DNA from: Candidatus Eremiobacteria bacterium
GTDB lineage: Bacteria > Vulcanimicrobiota > Vulcanimicrobiia > Vulcanimicrobiales > Vulcanimicrobiaceae
NCBI GenBank assembly: GCA_963737065.1
Contig: CAVTRC010000001.1
Location: 672,001-736,000, forward strand
Length of the DNA stretch: 64,000 nt
Reading direction: 5' to 3'
Under the pieces are notes generated by a model, which saw only the letters and a list, made by a program, of their open reading frames with translations, was not told the origin of the DNA and ran no database searches. Shown piece by piece: positions 57,193 through 64,000 of the stretch. How positions within the stretch are numbered: the stretch's first letter is position 1; the number at the start of each line of letters is the position of its first letter. A program made the position numbers and the translations under genes.

Positions 57193-58334
57193 GGTTGCGA
57201 CATTCGCTTCGGCGCTGCGCCTTCTTTTTCAAACCGAGCGAGCAGCCACGGTTCCAGCGCAGACACGTCGCCACGTTCGATAAAATTCGCAATGAGGCGC
57301 GCCGTGACGGGCGTCAAGACGATGCCGTTGCGATAATGACCCGTCGCGACGATAAGTCCATCAACGGCGGTCGGGCCGAGAATGGGCCGCTGATCCGGTG
57401 TACCGGGGCGCAGTCCTGCCCACGTTTCGGTCAGCGCGAACCCACCCAGCGCGGGTGCGGCGTCAAGCGCTGAGTCAAGCAGCGAACGCATGCCCTCCGC
57501 GGTTACGCGCTCATCGAATCCGACGCGTTCCACGGTTGCGCCCACCAGTAGCCGGCCATCGTCGCGTGGAACGAAATACGCGCCCGGAACCCACGTCGTG
57601 CGCTTCAAAAATCCGCGCGGCATCGCAAGCGCGAGCATCTGTCCTTTGATCGGCTCGAGCGGCAACTCGCACGCGCGCGGTATCCCCGGCAACGATCCGC
57701 TCCATGCTCCCGCCGCGACGATCACGTGCGAGGCTGATGCGAAGCCTAGCGCGCTGCGCACACCGAGCACGCGCCGCGCGTCCGTTTCCACGGCAACGTC
57801 GCGCGCTTCACGTACGATCGACACGCCGGCCGATTCACAGGCGGCGGTCAACGCGCGCCCTAAGCGTCGATTATCGACCGCTCCTTCGCCGGAAACGACG
57901 ATTGCGCCGCGTACGTGACGTCCGAGTGACGGCTCGGCGAGCATTACATCAGCGCGCTCCAACACCCGGCACGCGACGCCCTGCGCGTTGAGCCGGCCGG
58001 CGTACGAGCATAGCTCTTGCATGCGCGCGTCATCGAATGCAGCGCTTACGATTCCGTCGAGATGGAGATGGACGCTCAGGCCGCTCGCCTCTTCGATGGC
58101 TCGAACGAATCTCGGGTAGAGCGCCAGTGAGTCCGCGCAAAGACGCGTAAGCGCTCCGTCGTTCATGCGTTCCGTGTACGGCGCGAGCATGCCCGCGCCG
58201 GCCCATGATGCGGCGCGGCCCGGCAGATCGCGTTCGAAAACCCGCACGGTTGCACCGCGCATCGCCAACTCGCGCGCGATAGCGAGACCGATCAATCCGC
58301 CGCCGACGATCGCAACGTCACCCGAAAGTTTCAC
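57189..58334 (-). CDS. thiO: Glycine oxidase ThiO
   Basis: GGGLIG, ASWAGAGML, PIKGQM, WAGLRPGTPD, GHYRNGIVL. Confidence 0.93.
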   Translation of the reverse strand: MKLSGDVAIVGGGLIGLAIARELAMRGATVRVFERDLPGRAASWAGAGMLAPYTERMNDGALTRLCADSLALYPRFVRAIEEASGLSVHLHLDGIVSAAFDDARMQELCSYAGRLNAQGVACRVLERADVMLAEPSLGRHVRGAIVVSGEGAVDNRRLGRALTAACESAGVSIVREARDVAVETDARRVLGVRSALGFASASHVIVAAGAWSGSLPGIPRACELPLEPIKGQMLALAMPRGFLKRTTWVPGAYFVPRDDGRLLVGATVERVGFDERVTAEGMRSLLDSALDAAPALGGFALTETWAGLRPGTPDQRPILGPTAVDGLIVATGHYRNGIVLTPVTARLIANFIERGDVSALEPWLLARFEKEGAAPKRMSQP

Positions 58335-58341
58335 GCCGGCG

Positions 58342-60021
58342 CTACATTCCGGTATAAACCGGACCCTCGCCGCCTTGCGGCGGAACCCAGGTGATGATTT
58401 GATACGGGTCGGCAATGTCGCACGTCTTACAGTGCACGCAGTTCGTGAAGTTGATCTGCAAGCGCCCGTCGACTTTACCGCCGCCGTTCCCATCCTGAGC
58501 CTGTCGAAGAACGAACAGCGGTTCGTACACCGCGGCCGGACAGAAGTACGCGCACGGATTCCCGTACTCGACCGTGCAGCGGTCGCGGCAGATGTTCGTG
58601 TCGGCGACTTTCAGATGGCACGGCTGATCTTCTTCATGTATCGTGCCCGAGTTGTACACGTCGGTCAGTTTGTCGAACGTGAGCACGCTGTCGATCTTCG
58701 CGCGCGGCGTTTCTTTCGGCCTATACCCGGCTTTTTCCATGCGTTCGTAACCGGGCTTCTGCGAAAGTCTGTCGACAATGCCGAATGCGCGTCCGCGGGT
58801 GAACGTCGCAAGTCCTGCGTTAAAGACGCCGGCCCACATGCCGCGTTCAAAGCCTTGGTGGAAGTTCCGCGCGCTGCGCATCTCGGTGTATGCCCACGAG
58901 TTGCGAAAGCGTTCCTCGTACGCGGAGAGCGTCTTTGCATCATATGTGCCGGCTTGCAGGGCATCCCACGCGGTTTCTGCCGCCATCATCCCCGATTTCA
59001 TCGCGAGGTGCACGCCCTTCAAGCGCATACCGTTCAGGAATCCCGCCGAATCGCCCGCGATCATCAGTCCGTCGGCGTACGGACGAATCATCGCAAAGAA
59101 TCCACCTTCCGGAATCGCCTTGGCGCCGTAGCGAACCAGCTTTCCGCCCTCGAGCAGCTTACGAACATCGGGATGTTCCTTCATCCGCTGTAACTCGTTA
59201 TGCGGATCGGTCGTCGGGTTTTTATAATCGAGTCCCGTGACGTGTCCGATGTCGATGATCCGGTCCGCCATGCCATAAATGAAGCCGCCGCCGAACGTTT
59301 CCGGCGGCAACGGATATCCGAGCGTGTGAACGACGGTACCGGCGGGGAAACGATCGTCGGGGACTTGCCACAATTCTTTCACGCCCGCGGCATAGACCAT
59401 CGGCTCTTTCCCGGCATCGAGATCGAGGCGCGGAATCGCCTGCTTTGCAAGCGTGCCGCGCGGGCCTTCACCGAGAATCACGATCTTCGCGAGCAGATCG
59501 GCACCAGGTTCGTAGTTCGATTTCGGATTGCCGTCGTGATCGACGCCTTTGTCACCGGTACGCACCCCAATGACGCGATCGCCGTCCCAGAGCAACTCTT
59601 GTCCGGGAAATTCGCCGAACACTTGGATACCGAGTTCTTCCGCTTGCGCGGCCATCCACTTCGTTAACCGTTGCAGCGACGAAACGTACTTGCCATGATT
59701 GTTGAGCGGCGGCGGCGTGAACGGCGCTTTGATCTTGCCGCCTTTGGTAAGCAACCACATTTCATCGCGACCGACCGGCGCTTCAATCGGTGCACCCTTA
59801 TCGAGCCAGTCGGGGATCAGTTCCGCAATTGCGCGCGGATCGAGAACGAGGCCGGAGAGTCCGTGATTGCCGATCTCCGCGGCCTTCTCGATGACGAGGA
59901 TTTCGAGATCGCGGCCTGCGCTTTTCGCGAGTTGGCCGAGACGGATAGCACCGCCGAGGCTCGCCGGGCCGGCTCCTACGAAGAGAATATCGACTTCGAG
60001 TTGATCGCGCTGCGCTGCCAT
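58342..60021 (-). CDS. Electron transfer flavoprotein-ubiquinone oxidoreductase
   Basis: VGAGPA, YGAKAIPEGG, GDSAGFLN, HEEDQPCHL, FCPAAVYE, NCVHCKTCDI. Confidence 0.95.
   Translation of the reverse strand: MAAQRDQLEVDILFVGAGPASLGGAIRLGQLAKSAGRDLEILVIEKAAEIGNHGLSGLVLDPRAIAELIPDWLDKGAPIEAPVGRDEMWLLTKGGKIKAPFTPPPLNNHGKYVSSLQRLTKWMAAQAEELGIQVFGEFPGQELLWDGDRVIGVRTGDKGVDHDGNPKSNYEPGADLLAKIVILGEGPRGTLAKQAIPRLDLDAGKEPMVYAAGVKELWQVPDDRFPAGTVVHTLGYPLPPETFGGGFIYGMADRIIDIGHVTGLDYKNPTTDPHNELQRMKEHPDVRKLLEGGKLVRYGAKAIPEGGFFAMIRPYADGLMIAGDSAGFLNGMRLKGVHLAMKSGMMAAETAWDALQAGTYDAKTLSAYEERFRNSWAYTEMRSARNFHQGFERGMWAGVFNAGLATFTRGRAFGIVDRLSQKPGYERMEKAGYRPKETPRAKIDSVLTFDKLTDVYNSGTIHEEDQPCHLKVADTNICRDRCTVEYGNPCAYFCPAAVYEPLFVLRQAQDGNGGGKVDGRLQINFTNCVHCKTCDIADPYQIITWVPPQGGEGPVYTGM
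58491..58510 (-). repeat. REP-like element TCTTCGACAGGCTCAGGATG inserted in frame in ETF:QO
   Basis: Encodes LRQAQD in a loop between VYE and LQINF; matches a small repeat family I recognise from other bacteria. Confidence 0.6.
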
Positions 60022-60084
60022 GGCGCACCCTTTCGAGCTACGTCAAAATCTATCATTTCATGGAAGTCTGAGAGCGCGACGACG

Positions 60085-60759
60085 CTATCGCAACGAGGCG
60101 ATCGCCGCTTGCACCATGCAAACGTGCGCGCGTACGCGCGCATCGAGCGCGTCGCGTGCCGCTGTCTCTAACGTCAGCACGTGGGCGGCCGCGCCGCGGC
60201 GCAACAGCAGCGATAACGACAGACCGCCTAAGAGCTGTGCTTCTTCGAGAGCATCCGGTCGCAAACACCGCGGGGCAATGCGTTCGCCGATTACGCCATC
60301 TCCGTACTCGTAGCAGTACGTCTCCTGCGCTTCGTCGTCTTCATGCAAATCGAGCGCAAGCACGAATTTGCGATCGCGGTTGGACATAACGATTGCGCGC
60401 GCTTCCGGTGAAGTGCCACCGCGCGCAAACGTGCGATTGATGTCGACGCCCTCGCCGCTCGTGCGCGTTCGGGCATCGAATCCGGTCGGATTCGTGCAAG
60501 GCCAGATTCGATACGAGAATGCGTCATCGAGTGCGCGGTTTTCCACGAGTTGGAGCAGCGCAAGCACGCCGGCCGGTTCGTCTCCGTGAACGCCCGCGCT
60601 AAGATGAATCGACCGCGCTGCTGCATCGCCGAGTTCGGCGCAGAGCAATGTGCGCGGCGCACCGGCGCATGCTACTTCTCGCACGCGAACGTCATGTGAG
60701 CTGCGCAGGTTTTTCCAGCGCTGCGCAACTTCGCGGTAGGTGGGCAGCAAGACCGACAT
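60085..60759 (-). CDS. M14 family metallopeptidase (succinylglutamate desuccinylase/aspartoacylase-like)
   Basis: SAGVHGDEPAG, NPTG, DINRTF, LDLHED, TLET. Confidence 0.88.
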   Translation of the reverse strand: MSVLLPTYREVAQRWKNLRSSHDVRVREVACAGAPRTLLCAELGDAAARSIHLSAGVHGDEPAGVLALLQLVENRALDDAFSYRIWPCTNPTGFDARTRTSGEGVDINRTFARGGTSPEARAIVMSNRDRKFVLALDLHEDDEAQETYCYEYGDGVIGERIAPRCLRPDALEEAQLLGGLSLSLLLRRGAAAHVLTLETAARDALDARVRAHVCMVQAAIASLR

Positions 60760-60773
60760 AAACACACCCCTCC

Positions 60774-61391
60774 ATGAAAATCCAGGTCGGCGTGATGGGT
60801 TCAGCCGGCGGCCCGATCAGCGCTCGTGAACTCGAACTTTCCCGGCGTCTCGGGCGGCACATCGCGGAACGGGGCGCAACGATCGTCACCGGCGCATGTC
60901 CGGGGTTGCCGCACGCCGCCGTCATCGGTGCGCACGAACGCGGAGGCGACAGCCTCGGCGTTTCGCCCGCGCTCTCGCGCGAGGAACATGTGAACGTGTA
61001 CGGCTCACCGCTGCAGCCGTACACGACGATCGTCTTTACCGGTTCCGGGTTGATGGGGCGCGAGACGCACAACATTCATAGTTCCGACTTCGTCCTCTTC
61101 GTCGGTGGCCGAAGCGGAACACTCGGTGAGTTCTGCATCGCGTACGACGAAGGCAAATTGATCGGCGTGCTCACGAACTCCGGCGGAATTTCGAACGAAT
61201 TCGAACGTATTGCGGGCATCGTACGCAAAGAAACGGGATCGATCATCATCACCGACGACGATCCCGAAGGCCTGGTTGACCGCTGTATGGATTTATATTT
61301 ACGCTCTGCGATCCCATCGTCAGTGGCCTTCAATCGAACGGCCGAATTCCCACTTCGCACACCAAGAGTAACGCAGGAGACCCGTGGCTGA
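60774..61391 (+). CDS. LOG/SLOG family protein
   Basis: VGVMGS, TGACPGLP, GGRSGTLGE. Confidence 0.85.
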   Translation: MKIQVGVMGSAGGPISARELELSRRLGRHIAERGATIVTGACPGLPHAAVIGAHERGGDSLGVSPALSREEHVNVYGSPLQPYTTIVFTGSGLMGRETHNIHSSDFVLFVGGRSGTLGEFCIAYDEGKLIGVLTNSGGISNEFERIAGIVRKETGSIIITDDDPEGLVDRCMDLYLRSAIPSSVAFNRTAEFPLRTPRVTQETRG

Positions 61392-62742
61392 GCTAACATT
61401 CGTCGGCGCTGCGGGGACGGTTACCGGCAGCAAACATCTTCTGACCATCGACGGAAAGCATCTCTTCGTCGACTGCGGTCTCTTTCAAGGCGTCGTCGAC
61501 GTGCGGACGCTCAACGACGTTCCGCTTCCCGTCCCGGCTCGCGACATCGCCGCGGTGGTTCTCACGCACGGGCACCTCGATCACGTCGGATTCTTGCCGC
61601 GCCTCGTTCACGAAGGTTTCGACGGCCCGATTTACTGTACGCCGCCGACGCAAGCCGTCATGGGTATCGTGCTTGACGACGCAGCGCATCTGCAGCAAGA
61701 GTTACAAGAGCGCGGTTTTGGGCACCAGCGTCCGTATGCACCGCCGGTGTACTACGATGAACGCGACGTCGAACGCGCAAAGCAGTGTGCGGTCGCCCGT
61801 GACCTTCACAATTCGTTTGACGTCGCAGGCGTGGCGAATGCGACGTATTTCAATGCGGGTCACATCTTAGGGTCCGCATTCGTCGCGCTTGAATTCGAGG
61901 GCAAGCGCGTCGTCTTTTCCGGGGATCTCGGCCGTTATAATCGTCCGCTGCTCTTCGATCCGGAACCGCTCGGGGCGGCCGACGACATCATCTGCGAATC
62001 GACGTACGCCGACCGCGTCCACCCGCCCGATGCGCTCGACGATTTCCGCGCGGCCCTGACGTCGGCGATCGAGCGCGGCGGCGCGATCGTCATCCCCGCG
62101 TTCGCGATCGAGCGTTCTCAAGATATTCTGCTTGCGATTGCGACGCTGCAATCGCGTGACGCGAAGATTGCATCCGTGCCCGTTCATTTGGATAGTCCGA
62201 TGGCGGAGAAGGTCGACGACGTCTTCGAAGCTTTTCCGAACGCGCACAAACCGATCCCGAACGATTCCGCCGCGCATCCGTTCGGGGTGAGAAATCTTAC
62301 GGTGCACGTTAGCGCGGAAGAGTCGAAACAACTCAATCACCTCAACGGCCCGCACATCATCGTATCGTCAAGCGGCATGGCGTCGGGCGGACGTATCTTG
62401 CATCACCTGCACAACCACCTGAGCGACGAAAATTCGACGATCGTGTTCACGGGATATCAAAGCGCCGGAACGCTCGGATACATGCTTACGCACGGCGCGC
62501 ACACGGTTCATCTCTACGGCGACAACCTGCCCGTTCGCGCGAATATCGTGCAGCTGAGCGGCTTTAGCGGCCATGCCGATCGCGACGAACTCAAGCGTTG
62601 GTTGGAGACATGCACGTCGAAGCCGCACCTCTACGCGGTGCACGGCGAAGCGCAATCGGCGGCGGCGCTTGCGGCAATCGCCGACGCTGCGCTGGGATGG
62701 GATGCCGAGGTTGCGCGCCGGGGGATGACCGTAACGCTATGA
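61384..62742 (+). CDS. MBL-fold beta-CASP RNA-processing nuclease
   Basis: GAAGTVTGS, THGHLDH, AGHILGS, SGDLG, ESTY, SGMASGGRI, SGHAD, VHGE. Confidence 0.93.
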   Translation: MAELTFVGAAGTVTGSKHLLTIDGKHLFVDCGLFQGVVDVRTLNDVPLPVPARDIAAVVLTHGHLDHVGFLPRLVHEGFDGPIYCTPPTQAVMGIVLDDAAHLQQELQERGFGHQRPYAPPVYYDERDVERAKQCAVARDLHNSFDVAGVANATYFNAGHILGSAFVALEFEGKRVVFSGDLGRYNRPLLFDPEPLGAADDIICESTYADRVHPPDALDDFRAALTSAIERGGAIVIPAFAIERSQDILLAIATLQSRDAKIASVPVHLDSPMAEKVDDVFEAFPNAHKPIPNDSAAHPFGVRNLTVHVSAEESKQLNHLNGPHIIVSSSGMASGGRILHHLHNHLSDENSTIVFTGYQSAGTLGYMLTHGAHTVHLYGDNLPVRANIVQLSGFSGHADRDELKRWLETCTSKPHLYAVHGEAQSAAALAAIADAALGWDAEVARRGMTVTL

Positions 62743-63769
62743 GCCGCAGCTTTGCGAGCGATAACACCGCGCCGATTGCGCCGGAGATCCTCCAAGCGAT
62801 CGTCGACGCGAACGACGGTGATGCGGTCGGCTACGGACACGATCCGCTGACCGCGCGCGCAACCGAGTGTTTTCGCGCCGAGTTCGGTGCCGGAACCGCG
62901 CGTCTATTTCATGTTGAACGGAACAGGTGCAAACGTCGCCGCGCTCAGCTGCCTCGTGAAGCCATGGGAAGCAGTGCTCGCTCCGTCTACTGCACATCTG
63001 CAAACCGACGAATGCGGCGCGTTCGAACGCTTCACGGGCTCAAAGGTTGTACCGATCGCGACCCCCGACGGCAAACTCCGGCCTGCCGATCTAGAACCGT
63101 ACCTGCGCGCGGAGCGCGACGAACACTTTCCGCAACCGCGCGTCGTGACCGTCTCGCAAACGACCGAGTACGGCGACCTGTACGAGCCGGACGAACTGCG
63201 CGAACTCTGTCGCTTTGCGCACGAGCACGGACTGCTCGTCCACGTCGACGGCGCGCGCATTGCAAATGCGGCAGCAGCTCTGAGCAGCACGCCTCGCGCA
63301 ATTACCAAAGACGTCGGCGTCGACGTACTGAGTTTCGGCGGGACGAAGAACGGCTTGATGCTCGGCGAGGCCGCATGCTTCTTCAATCCCGAGCTCGGCG
63401 CCGAAGCGATGCCGTTCGCGCGGAAACAGGCCATGCAACTGCCGTCGAAGATGCGCTACATCGCCGCACAATTCGAAGCGCTGCTGAGCGGGGATCGCTG
63501 GCTGAAATACGCGTCGCACGCCAACAAAATGGCGCAGCGCCTGCTCGCCGGCGTACGCAACATCGCCGGGCATCGAAGTAACGCGCCCCGTGCGCGCGAA
63601 CGCAATCTTCGCGAAGATGGAACGCGCCGCAATCGCACGCGCGCAGGAGCAGTTCTTCTTCTACATCTTCGACCAGTCGGTTCCCGAAGTGCGCTGGATG
63701 ACGCACTGGGCGACGACCGAAGCGGACGTCGATGCATTCGTCGCAGCGCTTCGCGACGCGACCGGATAA
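62739..63769 (+). CDS. Low-specificity L-threonine aldolase, two +1 frameshifts (near 62896 and 63569)
   Basis: SFASDN, NGTGAN, HVDGARIAN, SFGGTKNG, SKMRY, VRWMTHW motifs distributed over three frames. Confidence 0.85.
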
Positions 63770-64000
63770 CGCGAACGCATTTGTGTCGTCCGCGCGTCTT
63801 ATTTCGAATCGTTTCGTGGAGGCTTCTCGCATTGCCGCGCCTTGAAAATCCGCTCACGCACCGAGCCGCGCAACGGGCGTCAGTTACGAGAGAACCTTCA
63901 TCGCTAAGATCCGCGTGCAGCCGGGCGTAGCGCCGTCGCGCGCGACTTGCAATGCAAAAACGTCGATTCAATCGCGGAGCACCATGCCGTGCTGCGGCGG

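Noticed and set aside
62880..63580. Programmed ribosomal frameshifting in the threonine aldolase, SBP or NAGPA genes
   Set aside because: No slippery heptamers or stimulatory context; single-base insertion errors are more parsimonious
1..64000. Many long Arg-rich overlapping ORFs in the six-frame track (e.g. 3950-5116, 9013-10077, 38891-39961, 58165-59193)
   Set aside because: Expected shadows in high-GC DNA opposite or out of frame to clearly identifiable genes
1..64000. CRISPR arrays, tRNA/rRNA, integrases, transposases, phage genes
   Set aside because: No repeat-spacer pattern, cloverleaf or catalytic motifs recognised by eye; a covariance-model scan would be needed to exclude small RNAs
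63770..64000. Possible gene or RNA at the window end
   Set aside because: No recognisable motif; too little context

Overview
High-GC, CG-dinucleotide-rich bacterial chromosomal window, densely coding (about 65 CDS). No rRNA, tRNA, CRISPR array, prophage or intact transposase was seen. Gene style (several orphan peptide-ABC lipoproteins, TolC and beta-barrel proteins, a Cu-amine-oxidase-N 'stalk' protein, Bacillus-like suf genes) suggests a diderm Terrabacterium such as Ca. Eremiobacterota/Vulcanimicrobiota; this is inference only. Housekeeping content includes tandem DppA peptidases, tldD/pmbA, folD, sufR/iscU-like divergent from sufCDSU, actP, an EF-G paralog, pyrE, thiOSG and ETF:QO. Most notable: (1) an ECF sigma factor coupled to a zinc anti-sigma domain fused to an intact O6-alkylguanine-DNA alkyltransferase, a candidate alkylation-sensing sigma switch, followed by a catalytically dead pyroglutamyl-peptidase homolog and a PHP hydrolase with a histone-H1-like tail; (2) a Bcp peroxiredoxin with an in-frame UGA at its catalytic Cys position (probable selenoprotein, split by the ORF track); (3) an Xre/RES toxin-antitoxin islet with four CTTGC repeats at an exact 11-bp period over its promoter; (4) a stalk + beta-barrel outer-membrane protein behind a highly structured leader; (5) several apparent CTG start codons and a REP-like 'LRQAQD' insertion inside ETF:QO. 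Four +1 frameshifts in three ordinary genes are most likely sequencing errors. All family assignments are from motif recognition by eye; no searches were run.
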